Below are positions 41,455 through 52,587 of a stretch of DNA of 64,000 nucleotides, piece after piece. Numbering within the stretch: position 1 is the stretch's first letter; every line of letters starts with the position of its first letter. The notes beneath the pieces are model-generated. The model had not been told where the DNA came from, did no database searches, and saw only the letters and a list, made by a program, of their open reading frames with translations. The stretch spans positions 128,001 to 192,000 of the forward strand of contig CAVXYC010000032.1 of the NCBI GenBank assembly GCA_963765765.1, in the 5' to 3' direction. A program made the position numbers and the translations under genes. This DNA is from an uncultured Chloroflexia bacterium (GTDB lineage: Bacteria; Chloroflexota; UBA6077; JACCZL01).

Positions 41455-41517
41455 AAATTCGTTCTCACTTTAAATACTGAAAAGACTGCAAACATTCCTC
41501 GTAATGGCAAGGTCCGC

Positions 41518-42466
41518 ATGACATCGTTGGTATCGAAGAACGTCCCCTGGCTCGCGAGCCTCCTTGCCGCCGCTGTCATCATCGGCTGTGGCACATCTGC
41601 GTCGGCTTCAGTCACCCCAACGGAGTCGCCTGCCGAAGCCTCGCCCAGCAATCTCGATGAATCTCTAGCTTTCGACGAGTCCCAAATCGTTGAGCCACGA
41701 CTCGCCGAGTCTGGCGGCGCTGTGCCGCCAGGTGACCCAGCGCCTGTGGTGTCGCTGGATCCCGAATCCGCGCCTCCGCCGGCCACTAATCCGCCCGAAG
41801 CCGATAACACCTGCGACGTCGCTCCGGGGCCGTTCGATCGCTCTCAGTTCCGTGTTCCATTACCCGCGACGCCGCGTTGGAATCCCCCGGGACAGAAGCG
41901 CGTTGGAATCCAGGCTGGTCACTGGTTAACCGAGCAATCCCCTCAGGAGCTACGCGGCCTGGGACCCGGGGCATCCGGGGGAGGCAAGTCCGAGTGGGAA
42001 GTCAACTTGAATATCGCCCGGCGCGTCGGTGCGCTGCTAGAAGCGGAAGGCATTCAAGTGGACATTTTGCCCACCACGGTCCCGGTGCGTTATCGCGCGC
42101 ACGCCTTCGTCTCGATTCACGCCGATGGTGATGTGGCCGGTCGATACAGTGGATTCAAAGTGGCTCGACCGGGCTTCAGCTCGGTTCCGGAGGCAGACGA
42201 TCGACTTGTTCGAGCGATCAATGCGGCGTATGAGCCCGCGACCGGTCTGGCCAGGGACGACGATCACATCTCGCTGCGCATGCTCTATTACTACGCATTC
42301 AACTCACGACGATATTGTCATGCCGTCAGCGCCGGGCGTGCCTCAGATCATCGTGGAAGCCGGCTTCCTGACGCACGCTGGTGATCGCGACATTCTCATC
42401 TACAATCCCGATGCTCCCGCTCGCGGCATCGCCAACGGCATCCTGGCGTTCTTGCGCGAGGAGTAG
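41518..42466 (+). CDS. N-acetylmuramoyl-L-alanine amidase (Amidase_3) lipoprotein, frameshift at about 42335
   Basis: Lipobox IIGC, VGIQAGH, E.EVNL.IA, FVSIHAD, then IIVEAGFLT in the second frame. Confidence 0.85.
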
Positions 42467-42588
42467 CGGCGTTCAGCATTTCCTGATGCTGGGTGGCATG
42501 TAGTGCGAGGCGGTATTACTTGGGGGTACCGGAAGTACGGGCGGGATCTGGTCTCAATCGTAGCCTTCTGGCGTGATAGGATTCCGTC

Positions 42589-43485
42589 ATGCGCTTCATC
42601 AAGATGCACGGCATCGGTAATGATTATGTGTATGTGAACGGTTTCGCGGAGCAGGTGGCCGATCCTGAGTCGCTCGCGGTTGCTATCTCAGATCGCCATA
42701 TGGGCGTCGGCGGTGATGGCCTCATCATGGTGCTGCCCCCGGAACCGGGCATTGACGCGGACGTGCGCATGCGTATGTTCAATGCGGACGGCTCCGAGTC
42801 GGAGATGTGCGGCAACGGCATCCGCTGTGTCGCCAAGCTCTCGCATGACTATGGGCTGAGCACGGCGAAGCCAATGAAGGTGCAGACTGGCGCCGGTGTG
42901 CTGACGCTGGACTACAGACTGGACACGGCGGGCAAGCTGGCTGAAGCGACCGTTGACATGGGTGAGCCGATTCTCGAAGCCGAGCGCATTCCAGTCCAGA
43001 TTGATGGGCATCCCCACGCCCATCCGGTTGTCAACATCCCCGGTACGGTGATCGAGCTTCGTGGCTGGGACACTGCCGCGCAAGAAGCTGCAGGACTCGA
43101 GCGCTGCTGGACAGCCGTCTCGATGGGCAATCCCCACGCGATCTTCTACGTCAAAGACGTCCAGGCAGTGCCGTTAGAGATCGTTGGTCCGCAGCTCGAG
43201 CATGCCGCGGCGTTTCCACGTCGAATAAACGTTCACTTCGTGCAGGTGCATTCAGTTGACGAAGTCACCATGCGTACCTGGGAGCGCGGCAGCGGAATCA
43301 CGCTGGCCTGCGGAACGGGTGCGAGCGCCGTCTGTGTGGCTGGCGTTCTTACCGGACGCACTGACCGCAAGCTTCTCGCCCATTTGCCGGGCGGCGACTT
43401 GAACCTCGAGTGGCGTGAGTCGGACAACCACGTGTTCATGACGGGCTCCGCGACCGAGGTGTTTAGCGGCGATTGGGCGCTCTAG
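42589..43485 (+). CDS. dapF: Diaminopimelate epimerase
   Basis: KMHGIGNDY, NADGSESEMCGNG, SMGNPH, WERGSG.TLACGTG. Confidence 0.97.
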   Translation: MRFIKMHGIGNDYVYVNGFAEQVADPESLAVAISDRHMGVGGDGLIMVLPPEPGIDADVRMRMFNADGSESEMCGNGIRCVAKLSHDYGLSTAKPMKVQTGAGVLTLDYRLDTAGKLAEATVDMGEPILEAERIPVQIDGHPHAHPVVNIPGTVIELRGWDTAAQEAAGLERCWTAVSMGNPHAIFYVKDVQAVPLEIVGPQLEHAAAFPRRINVHFVQVHSVDEVTMRTWERGSGITLACGTGASAVCVAGVLTGRTDRKLLAHLPGGDLNLEWRESDNHVFMTGSATEVFSGDWAL

Positions 43486-43608
43486 GGAACGTCCCAACTG
43501 CGCTTTTGAAAGCAGGACACTCTAGCAGCGCCGCCAAGCCCCGTCGTTACGCGTCTGAGCTCACCCCTGGCTCGGGGCTGGTAAAGCGACAGCGAGCTTC
43601 CCTGGCGC

Positions 43609-44745
43609 TCAGTACGTGCCGAGTAGGCCCGCTCGCCGCTTCGCCGCGAGCACGCGACGAACTGAATCATCCAGCCGTTCCTGGCTGATGCGGCCACCGA
43701 TCTCGCTCAGCACCGCATGCACCATGCGCCGTTGTCGTTCGATTGGTCCGACAACGATGAGGATGTCCGTGCCCGCTTCGATCGCCTGAATCGCGGCCTC
43801 GCCTGATTCGAACCGGCCGGTGATGGCCTGCATTGCGCCCATATCATCGCTGAGCACCAGGCCGTTGAAACCAAGCTCGTTGCGTAGAAGCCCCGTGACG
43901 ATTGCTGGCGAGAGACTGGCTGGACGCTCGGTCGTGCTGTCCAGGGAGGGGTAGCTCACGTGAGCGGTCATGATTGCCGCGACGTCGGACTGAATCGCAC
44001 TCCTGAACGGCGTGAGCTCAATGGCGTCGAGCGTCGCTCTATCACGACTTACCACTGGTAGCGTCTCATGCGAGTCCTCAAGACTGTTGCCGTGTCCCGG
44101 AAAATGTTTGCCGACTGCCAAAACACCCTGTGACTGCAGTCCGGCGATATATGCGGAACCGAGCGCCGCGGCGGTAGTAGCTGAGCTGCTGAACGAGCGA
44201 TTGCCAATCACTTCATTCGCCGGGTTGTCCCAGACGTCCAGTACAGGCCCCAGGCTCATGTGAACGCCCATTGCCGCGAGCTCGCGACCGTGGATGTCGC
44301 CACGACGCTGCGCCTCAGCAACTGCACGGTCCAGCGGCTCGATCTGCCCCACTTCGAATGCAGGGCCGAACACGGTCGTACCCTGTTTAATACGCTGTAC
44401 CAGTCCGCCCTCATGGTCGATTGCAACGAGGGGTGGCAGCGTCCCACTATCCGCGGCCAGCGTCTGGAGCGCGGTGGTCAAGAAGCGCGCGGAGTCAGCT
44501 GAGGTTGCGTTGGAGAGAAGCGCGATTCCACCGGCGCGTAGCTCGCCGATAACCGGATCCGCGCCGTTGACGCCGGGTCCTTCAAAGCCCAGCAGAAAGA
44601 GCTGACCTACTTTTTCGGCTGTTGAAAGAGAGTCAAGCATGACGTCGTCAGCCAATGTGTCAGTGCGCGCCGAACCACGAACAGATCCGAAGACAAGGAC
44701 GGCCAGGAGTACTGCTCCGACCGTGAATGCGAGCCACCGTTTCAT
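43609..44745 (-). CDS. GH3 beta-N-acetylhexosaminidase (NagZ-like), exported
   Basis: DHEGGLVQR, KHFPGHG...DSH, MTAH, SDDM; N-terminal signal or anchor. Confidence 0.9.
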   Translation of the reverse strand: MKRWLAFTVGAVLLAVLVFGSVRGSARTDTLADDVMLDSLSTAEKVGQLFLLGFEGPGVNGADPVIGELRAGGIALLSNATSADSARFLTTALQTLAADSGTLPPLVAIDHEGGLVQRIKQGTTVFGPAFEVGQIEPLDRAVAEAQRRGDIHGRELAAMGVHMSLGPVLDVWDNPANEVIGNRSFSSSATTAAALGSAYIAGLQSQGVLAVGKHFPGHGNSLEDSHETLPVVSRDRATLDAIELTPFRSAIQSDVAAIMTAHVSYPSLDSTTERPASLSPAIVTGLLRNELGFNGLVLSDDMGAMQAITGRFESGEAAIQAIEAGTDILIVVGPIERQRRMVHAVLSEIGGRISQERLDDSVRRVLAAKRRAGLLGTY

Positions 44746-45156
44746 TCCTGAAACGATACTCTCCCACGGACCTAGCCCGCAGAGATGTGGATTCCAGCGA
44801 GCGAGGGAAGCTACGGCTTTGTGCTGAACGCCGCGTTCTTTGAGACCACCGGATTTGGGACCTTTTGGACGCGGCAGTGAAGGCGCTCAAGGTGCTGGTT
44901 TCGCGGTCAATCGCCCGCGTATTCACGGTCGACTTCGCAAAACCCGATCTGAGCACGCACACCGGGCGCCAGCCGGTGAGGGAGTAGGCCTCCGCTTTCG
45001 GATTGACCAGGACGTCGATGTGGCGCTTGCCATCGCGCCAAGACACCCGGTAAGCAGAAACGGGCGAAACTGACGCTAAGCCAGCGTGGACTCCATGGTG
45101 TCAAGCTGCTTTGCTCGACGGTGTGCGGCTGCTTGTCCATTGATCGAACAATTTGC

Positions 45157-45771
45157 CTATCGGTCCAACGCTCTCTGGAGCTCCTGTTCCAATTGCGCAG
45201 CCGACGTGAAATGTATTCCCTGCCAGCCACGTCGCAGGGCTCCTGCTACGTTGGGCATGGAGTCATCGATCAGCAAGAGATTCCCGGGAGGCACACCTAG
45301 CTTGCTCTCCACGCCTCGAAACACGATTTCCTCGGGCTTCGTGGCGTCGAACATGGCCGAGACGAATATTTCATCAAACTCTCGACCCACGTCACTGAGG
45401 TCATGCGTGAGAGCATCCAGTAGCACGGGACCGTTGTTCGTGAGAATGGCGGTCCGCAGCCGGAGTCGTACCGCTCGTGCAATCGCAATCACGTCGGGAT
45501 GCGGTTCGAACGCCCTACACCACAGTGAACGGTAAGTCGGGTAATCGCACGGGAGCCCGAGAGCTGCTACTGCAAGTTCGTACTCTGCATCCCGTGTGAG
45601 CTGGCCGCGGTCAGCCAGGTCAATGAGACCGCAGTCGTCGAGACGTAGCGCGACTTCATCTGGCGGGAGACCGCTCGCGTCGCTCAGCGCATACAGTCGG
45701 CGCTTCGGCGAGAATTCGCACAGCACGCCGCCAAGGTCGAAGACAACGAGCTCGGGATTCATAGGCTTCAT
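45157..45771 (-). CDS. HAD family phosphatase
   Basis: FDLGGVL, LTN, KP, IDDS..NV. Confidence 0.85.
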   Translation of the reverse strand: MKPMNPELVVFDLGGVLCEFSPKRRLYALSDASGLPPDEVALRLDDCGLIDLADRGQLTRDAEYELAVAALGLPCDYPTYRSLWCRAFEPHPDVIAIARAVRLRLRTAILTNNGPVLLDALTHDLSDVGREFDEIFVSAMFDATKPEEIVFRGVESKLGVPPGNLLLIDDSMPNVAGALRRGWQGIHFTSAAQLEQELQRALDR

Positions 45772-45908
45772 TCACCCGCTTCCATAATGTTCAAGTCGGG
45801 CATTGAACACGCCGACGGCGTCGCTCGTATCGTCGAGTCAAACGTTACCTAAGAATGGCACATCTATACTTCCTAGAGACGAGCGATGCGAGGAGCATGT
45901 GAATAGTC

Positions 45909-46403
45909 ATGAGTGAGCAACCGGAGTGGGTCCCGGTCATCGTTGAGATTCCGCGGGGCAGCAGGAATAAGTACGAGCTCGACAAGGAGACCGGCCGCAT
46001 CTTCCTCGATCGTGTGCTTTACTCCTCCGTTCACTATCCCACGGATTACGGATTCATCCCCGAGACGCTGGCTGACGACGGTGATCCTGTGGATGTACTC
46101 ATCGTCATCAATGAGCCAACGTTCCCAGGCTGTCTCGTGCATGCTCGCCCGATAGGCGTTCTCGACATGCGCGACGAGAAGGGCCATGACCATAAGGTGC
46201 TGGCCGTGCCAATTGGAGATCCACGCTTCGAAGAAGTGTGCAAGCTCTCGGACCTCTCGGCTCACTGGCTGCTGGAGATCGAGAATTTCTTTCAGCACTA
46301 CAAGATGCTCGAGGACAAGTTCACGGAAGTGGTTGGCTGGGAGAGCCAGGACGTCGCCTGGAAGATCATCCGCGAAGGCTACGACCGGTTCGTGCCGCAC
46401 TGA
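45909..46403 (+). CDS. ppa: Inorganic pyrophosphatase (family I)
   Basis: VEIPRGSRNKYE, YPTDYGFIP, DGDPVDVL, FFQHYK. Confidence 0.97.
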   Translation: MSEQPEWVPVIVEIPRGSRNKYELDKETGRIFLDRVLYSSVHYPTDYGFIPETLADDGDPVDVLIVINEPTFPGCLVHARPIGVLDMRDEKGHDHKVLAVPIGDPRFEEVCKLSDLSAHWLLEIENFFQHYKMLEDKFTEVVGWESQDVAWKIIREGYDRFVPH

Positions 46404-46586
46404 TTCGGTAGCGGACTTGATCGCAAAGGATGTGGAGTAAGCGTCCAGCTTGCGTTCTCTGCGCCCGATCTCGCTCAACGCTACGCATTCGGAACCGGGC
46501 ACTGCGATCATATCCGTTGATGTGGCATGCGCTGCCGAGACAAGCACGCTATGCTGTGCAGCGTCCTAGCACCCGCGGGAGCGGCT

Positions 46587-47422
46587 ATGACGGAGGAGTC
46601 ATGGACCACGCAAGTCGATTCACATTTTCCAGCCCGAACTCTTGGCCGCTTGAGCAATCTCTCGGAGTGGGCCGCCGAGCATCGTTTTACGCGCGTCGAT
46701 TTCAACGCCGATGGTGCGCCCAATTACCCGGGCACATTCACTCCAGAGCGGATCAATAATGTGCGCGAGCGCGCCGCGGCCGACGGCGTGACAATCGGGA
46801 TCCACACGTCATCAGGCGTCAATATGGCCGAGATCACGCCGGTGATGGCGGCAGCCGCGGACCGATACGTCGTGGAGAATTTCCATCTTGCGAGGGACCT
46901 CGGTTGCAGCTATCTCGTGTGTCATGGCGGGTTTCACTTCAGCTCGGACGTAGAGCCGCGGTTTGAGGCAAGTATGGCGCGGGCCGAGAAGATGATTCAT
47001 CAGGCAGAAGCGCATAGTCTCGATATCTATTTCGAGAACCACAATTGGGAGCCCGAGCACGCCGAGATCCATTACATCCCGCACACTGTTGCCGAGACCC
47101 GACGGTATTTCGAGCGCTTTAATTCGCCGCGCTTCAAGTGGGCCTGCAATATCGGCCATGCGGCGCTCGTACCTGACAACTGGACGGGATTTCTGGACGC
47201 GTTCGGCACTGATCGCATCGGCCACGTGCGGCTTCATGATACGCACGGAAATACGAAGAGCACTTGCTTCCAGGCCGCGGCATCATCGATTTCCGAGCCG
47301 TGTTTACTCGCCTGAATGAAGGCGGCTACACGGGGCCGTTCACCCTCGACTTCGGCACGCCCGACGATCGAGCCCGCGGCCGCGATCAGTTTGCCGCTCT
47401 CCTGGAGGAGCTGGACGGCTAA
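46587..47422 (+). CDS. Sugar phosphate isomerase/epimerase (xylose isomerase-like TIM barrel), frameshift at about 47250
   Basis: VCHGG, FENH, NIGHA, RLHD; the second frame gives EEHLLPGRGIIDF...GYTGPFTLD. Confidence 0.75.
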
Positions 47423-47465
47423 CTACCACAAGCACGTTGAAACACCGCCACAAGCGTAGAGAGAG

Positions 47466-48650
47466 TTAGGAGCCGGACGCTTCGCGGAGGAGCTGCCGCG
47501 CGATTACCAGGCGCTGGATCTCGTTGGTCCCTTCGCCGATGATCATGAGCGGGGCATCGCGGTAGTAGCGCTCCACCGGGAGATCCTGGGTGTAGCCGTA
47601 GCCGCCATGGATACGCATGCACTCGGTGGCCACGGTGAGTGCGGTTTCGCTGGCGAAGAGCTTGGCCATGCCGGCCTGGAGGTCGGCGCGCTCGCCGCGA
47701 TCTTTTGTCTCGGCAGCATCCTTGACCAGCAGCCTGGCGGCTTGCACGCTGGTCGCCATATCCGCCAGCTTGAGCTGAATGGCCTGATGCTCGGATATGG
47801 GCTTGCCGAAGGTTTGACGCTGACGGGCGTACTTCAGCGCCGCTTCTAATGCAGCCTGGGCTACACCCACCGCGCGTGAGGCCACATTGATTCGACCAAC
47901 TTCAAGCCCGCTCATGACGTATTTGAAGCCAAGTCCCTCCTGCCCCAGCAGGCTGCTTCCTGGCACACGGCAATCCTGGAAGACCAGCTCGCACGTCTCC
48001 ACACCCTTGTAACCAAGCTTTTGGAGATCGCGCGCCACGCTGAAGCCCGGCGTCCCGGCCTCTACCATAAGTATGCTGATACCCAGATACGCGGGCTGGA
48101 CAGACTTGTCGGTCTTACACAGAACCGCGAAGATCTTGCCGCGACGACCGTTGGTGATGAATAGCTTGCCGCCGTTGATGACATAGTCGTCGCCATCACG
48201 TACGGCCGTTGTCTCGATGGACTGGAGGTCGCTCCCAGCGCCTGGCTCAGTAAGGCAAATGGCCGCGCGGCGCTCTCCCAGGACCAAGTCCGGCAGATAG
48301 CGCTGCCGCATCTCGTCTGAGCCGAACTGCTCCAGCATGTAAGCAACGAGCAGATGCGTGTTCAGGACGCCGGTGAGGCTCATCCAGCCGCGCGCCAGCT
48401 CCTCCACGATCTGGGCATACACCGTCATCGGCAAGCCGAGCCCGCCCCAACTCGGCCCAATAGTCGCGCCGAAGAGGCCTAGCTCGCGCATCTGGTCGAT
48501 CAGCGCCTGCGGATACTCATCGCGATGCTCGAGCTCGGAGGCAACGGGCATCACCTCGTTATCGACGAAGCGGCGGACTTCGCGAATGAGCAAGGTGGCG
48601 GTATGGCTGTCCATGGTCATCGCCGGCTGAGGGAGCACGGAGCGGATCAA
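47466..48650 (-). CDS. Acyl-CoA dehydrogenase
   Basis: [48 protein letters not shown]. Confidence 0.95.
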   Translation of the reverse strand: MIRSVLPQPAMTMDSHTATLLIREVRRFVDNEVMPVASELEHRDEYPQALIDQMRELGLFGATIGPSWGGLGLPMTVYAQIVEELARGWMSLTGVLNTHLLVAYMLEQFGSDEMRQRYLPDLVLGERRAAICLTEPGAGSDLQSIETTAVRDGDDYVINGGKLFITNGRRGKIFAVLCKTDKSVQPAYLGISILMVEAGTPGFSVARDLQKLGYKGVETCELVFQDCRVPGSSLLGQEGLGFKYVMSGLEVGRINVASRAVGVAQAALEAALKYARQRQTFGKPISEHQAIQLKLADMATSVQAARLLVKDAAETKDRGERADLQAGMAKLFASETALTVATECMRIHGGYGYTQDLPVERYYRDAPLMIIGEGTNEIQRLVIARQLLREASGS

Positions 48651-50242
48651 TCGAGGTACTCGTACGCCGGAATGGTCAGAAACTCGATGTACTCGTCCGC
48701 GAGGGCGACGCTCTCGAAGATCGTCGCGGCCTCTTTGAAGCGACCCTCTTCGTAGGCGGCGCTGCCGAGAGCCTCACGGAGATTGCTGAGCTCTTCCGCT
48801 TCCAGCGAGCGGACAAGCTCCCTGGTCACGGTCCGACCATCGTCCAGCTTCGTGCCGTGGCGGATCCACTGCCAGAGCTGGGATCTAGATATCTCTGCCG
48901 TGGCAGCGTCTTCCATCAGGTTGTTGATTGCAGCGGCGCCCACACCGCGCAGCCACGATTCGATGTACTGGATCCCCACACTGATGTTGGTTCGCACGCC
49001 GACTTCGGTCACCGTGCCGCCGGGGATGGTTAGATCGATCAGACTGGCGGCGTTTGGTGTGACGTCTTCTCGGAGGCGGTCAACCTGGTTCGGGCGCTCA
49101 CCCAGCGCGTTCTGGAAGACCTCCTGCGCAACGGGGACGAGATCGGGGTGTGCGACCCAGGTGCCGTCGAACCCGTCGCCGGACTCGCGTGTCTTGTCAT
49201 CCCGCACGCGCGCGAGTGCGTTCTCGGTGACCTCCGCGTCGCGCCGATTCGGAATGAACGCGGCCATTCCGCCAATGGCATGCGCGCCACGCCGATGGCA
49301 GGCGCGCACGAGCATCTCAGTGTAGGCGCGCATGAAGGGCGCGGTCATGGTGACCTGCGCACGATCAGGAAGTACCTTGTCCGGCCGATCGGCGAATTTC
49401 TTGATTGCGCTGAACATGTAGTCCCAGCGGCCCGCGTTGAGACCTGAGCTGTGGTCGCGCAGCTCGTAGAGGATCTCCTCCATCTCAAATGCAGCCAGAA
49501 TGGTCTCAATGAGGACAGTGGCACGGTATGTCCCGATAGGCGCGCCCAAATACGCCTGGGCAAGGACAAAGGCATCGTTCCAGAGCCGAGCTTCCAGATG
49601 GCTCTCCATCTTTGGTAGATAGAAATACGGTGCTGAGCCGCGCGCCATAAGCCGCTGGGTATTGTGGAAGACGTAGAGGCCGAAATCGAACAGGCTGGCT
49701 GACATCGGTTCGCCGTCGACGAGTAGGTGTTTCTCCACCAGGTGCCAGCCGCGCGGACGGACGAGCAGGGTGGCCACCGAATCGTTAAGCTCATAAACAC
49801 GGCCATCCGGATTGAGAAACTCAATGGTGCGGTCGTTGGCATCGATCAAGTTGATCTGGCCGTCGATCATGTTGTCCCAGGTGGGCGTGTTGGCGTCCTC
49901 GAAGTCGGCCATGAAGACGTTGGCGCCGCAGTTCAGCGCGTTGATGACCATCTTGCGGTCTGTGGGACCGGTGATCTCCACCCAGCGCTTCTGAAGATCG
50001 GACGGAGCCGTCGCGACGCGCCAGTCGCCGCTTCGGACCGCGCTCGTGGCCGCGAGAAAGTCGGGAAGCTCCCCTTCACGGATGCGCTTCGCGCGATCTG
50101 CCCTGGCCTGGAGGAGCGCTTTGCGGCGGGGCCCTAGCTCACGCTGAAGCTTGGCCAGAAAAGCAAGGGCTTCCGATGACAGAATCTGGGCGAATTCACC
50201 ATCTGCCCGCCCGCGCACCTCAACGCCGTCAACTGCGGCCAT
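48647..50242 (-). CDS. aceB: Malate synthase A
   Basis: [57 protein letters not shown]; start MAAVDG after a GGAGG SD. Confidence 0.95.
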   Translation of the reverse strand: MAAVDGVEVRGRADGEFAQILSSEALAFLAKLQRELGPRRKALLQARADRAKRIREGELPDFLAATSAVRSGDWRVATAPSDLQKRWVEITGPTDRKMVINALNCGANVFMADFEDANTPTWDNMIDGQINLIDANDRTIEFLNPDGRVYELNDSVATLLVRPRGWHLVEKHLLVDGEPMSASLFDFGLYVFHNTQRLMARGSAPYFYLPKMESHLEARLWNDAFVLAQAYLGAPIGTYRATVLIETILAAFEMEEILYELRDHSSGLNAGRWDYMFSAIKKFADRPDKVLPDRAQVTMTAPFMRAYTEMLVRACHRRGAHAIGGMAAFIPNRRDAEVTENALARVRDDKTRESGDGFDGTWVAHPDLVPVAQEVFQNALGERPNQVDRLREDVTPNAASLIDLTIPGGTVTEVGVRTNISVGIQYIESWLRGVGAAAINNLMEDAATAEISRSQLWQWIRHGTKLDDGRTVTRELVRSLEAEELSNLREALGSAAYEEGRFKEAATIFESVALADEYIEFLTIPAYEYLD

Positions 50243-50411
50243 TGCATCTTCCTCCGTGTCAGCCATCCGTGGCTTCACTTGTACCCCACCCGCGCCGCCC
50301 GCGCGCATCCCGCGCGCTCGTCGGCACGGCTCATGCGATGGATATAGCTGCGGTTGGAGCCCAACAAAGTGGACTCTTTCGCGCAGCCATGTTCGGCAAA
50401 ACGGAGAAACC

Positions 50412-50816
50412 ATGAACGTGCAACGCCTGGACCAGGAGATCAAAGTGGACATGGCTGTCCAGACCGCTGAAGGCTCGGAGCTAGGCACGGTGGCCGAGGT
50501 CTGGCCAGACGTAGGAGTAGGTGAGAGCTGGGGCGCAGTGGGGTCCATCCCACAGCGCGAGGCAGAAGCCACCGATGTCTCACAGTACGCCTTTAGCGAA
50601 TCGATGCCTGGCGAGGGCGACAGCTACTTCCGAGTCCGTACGAAGGACGGTGACGACCTGTATATTCCATTCGCAGCAGTCAGTCAGGCTGAGGGCGGGG
50701 TGGTCACCGTTGCTGTGGACGAAGCCAGCGTGCCAGGCATGCAGTGGGACGTCATGCCTGACTTCATCAATATCAAATCCGAGCCCGATAGCCAGGGCGG
50801 CCCGCACGTGGCTTGA
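50412..50816 (+). CDS. Acidic hypothetical protein (DUF2171/PRC-barrel-like)
   Basis: GGAG SD; I..DM.V.T.EG.ELG.V...LYIPF.AV pattern. Confidence 0.55.
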   Translation: MNVQRLDQEIKVDMAVQTAEGSELGTVAEVWPDVGVGESWGAVGSIPQREAEATDVSQYAFSESMPGEGDSYFRVRTKDGDDLYIPFAAVSQAEGGVVTVAVDEASVPGMQWDVMPDFINIKSEPDSQGGPHVA

Positions 50817-50828
50817 GGAGTGACCGTC

Positions 50829-51422
50829 ATGTCAGATGAGACTCTGGATCGCAGCGCGGAACGATACGCCGAGCGATTTTCTCGCTACAACTTGGTTGCT
50901 GTTGTCAACAACCTGGACAATGCGCAGAGAGTTGCTCAACACGCTGAGTCGTCAGGGTATCGAAGCAACTAAGACATCGTTGTTGGGACCGGCCGCGGAG
51001 AGACGCCGAGCAGACCCTTGATCCAAACGCGAAGGATCGCGGAGTTATTGCCGACGTGACCAAGAATACCGCGGTAGGATCAGTTGCCGGCGGCGCCGCG
51101 GGCGGCCTGGCGGGATTTCTGGCGGGACTTGGCGCGTTTGCCATTCCGGGAATTGGCCCGGCCGTGGGCACCGCACTGTGGATCGGCACGGTAGGGCGGT
51201 GCGGTCATTGGCAGTGGAGTGGGCGGGATGCTGGGGGGAGTGGCCACCATCAATGACAGCGAAGCGTGGGAGCTGACCTATCAGCTTCAGGAGGGCCGTG
51301 CCCTGGTGGGCGTCCACAGCGACGATCGCGACGACATCGAGCGCGCCCGCAAGGTCTTCGATGGCGAGAATGTCGTGAGTATCGGTGAGTTCGACGAGAA
51401 CGGGAAGCGAGCCGGCAGTTAA
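50829..51422 (+). CDS. General stress protein (YflT/DUF1269-like), several frameshifts
   Basis: GAGGAG SD; NLVAVV.NLD.A...GI; Gly-zipper GGAAGGLAG..AIPGIGP; LQEGRALVGVH. Confidence 0.65.
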
Positions 51423-51512
51423 GAGCGAAAAGTTAAGACTAGCTGCGGTCCGCCATCCGTGTCACTTTCGCTCTTAACCGACGAGGGGCGCGTTACCATT
51501 CACTGAGGTGCC

Positions 51513-52475
51513 GTGATGAGTGTGCTCAGTGGATTGCCAAAGCGCGTGCGGGTTGTGGAAGTTGGCCCGCGTGACGGGCTTCAAAACGAAGCGGCCGACG
51601 TACCGACTCGGGCAAAAATAGAGCTCATCGAGCAGCTCGCCGCGGCCGGGTTGGACACCGTGGAATCTGGCTCTTTTGTCCATCCCAAAGCGGTGCCGCG
51701 CATGGCTGATACAGCGGAGGTGCTAGCAGGCATCTCACGCCGCCAGGGTGTGCGTTACCCGGTGCTGGTACCCAACGAGCGTGGACTCGAGCGAGCGGTA
51801 GAGGCGGGGGTCAAGGAGATTGCCGTCTTCACCGCGGCCAGCGACGCGTTCAATCAGCGCAATATCCGCATGACGATTGACGAGTCATTTGATGCCATCA
51901 CCGCCGTGACCCGCGGCGCCAAGGCCGCCGGCATGTGGGTGCGCGGATACATCTCAACGTGTTTCGGCTGTCCGTATCAGGGAGAAGTGACTCCGGAAGC
52001 GGTGCTCGATGTGGTGAAACGGCTGGACGATCTGGGCATTGCCGAGATCTCGCTGGGCGACACGATCGGTATTGCGACACCGCGAGATGTTGAGCCAGTG
52101 ATCGAGCTCGTTCTGAAGCATCTGCCAATCGATCGCCTGGCGCTTCACTTTCACGATACGCGGGGAACTGCCCTCGCCAATACTCTCACGGCCCTCCAGA
52201 TGGGATGCTGGATCTTCGATTCGTCGGCCGGCGGATTGGGCGGCTGTCCATTCGCTCCCGGCGCAGCGGGCAACCTGGCCACAGAAGACCTGCTCTATCT
52301 CCTACATGGATTGGGGATCGAGACTGGAGTTGATCTTGCCGCGGTCGTGGCGGCATCGGCAGGCATTGCGCGGCACCTGGATCACCCGCTGACCAGCAAG
52401 GTCTATCAGGCGATGCGGGCGGCTGAGGGTAGAGCCACTGAGGCTATTGATGCGTTCGCGAGGTCCTCACCTTAA
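51513..52475 (+). CDS. Hydroxymethylglutaryl-CoA lyase
   Basis: EVGPRDGLQNE, FGCPY, LGDTIG, HFHDT, GLGGCPFAPGA.GN.ATED. Confidence 0.93.
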   Translation: MMSVLSGLPKRVRVVEVGPRDGLQNEAADVPTRAKIELIEQLAAAGLDTVESGSFVHPKAVPRMADTAEVLAGISRRQGVRYPVLVPNERGLERAVEAGVKEIAVFTAASDAFNQRNIRMTIDESFDAITAVTRGAKAAGMWVRGYISTCFGCPYQGEVTPEAVLDVVKRLDDLGIAEISLGDTIGIATPRDVEPVIELVLKHLPIDRLALHFHDTRGTALANTLTALQMGCWIFDSSAGGLGGCPFAPGAAGNLATEDLLYLLHGLGIETGVDLAAVVAASAGIARHLDHPLTSKVYQAMRAAEGRATEAIDAFARSSP

Positions 52476-52571
52476 CCCTTTCCCAAAGGGCGAGGTAACG
52501 GATCAAGCCCGATATCGCCGACGCTGTTCCCTTGACCTTTGGGAAAGGGTTAGGGTGAGGACCTCGCGAAC
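52454..52571. repeat. REP/REPIN-like palindrome with 36-bp arms (one mismatch)
   Basis: GTTCGCGAGGTCCTCACCTTAACCCTTTCCCAAAGG (52454-52489) versus 52536-52571. Confidence 0.8.
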
Positions 52572-52587
52572 AAACCTAGCGCCGACC

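Noticed and set aside
44830-45140. Possible small frameshifted gene (YRVSWRDGKRHIDVLVNPKAE) or tmRNA-sized RNA
   Set aside because: No tmRNA termini or tag peptide; the coding signal is too weak to call.
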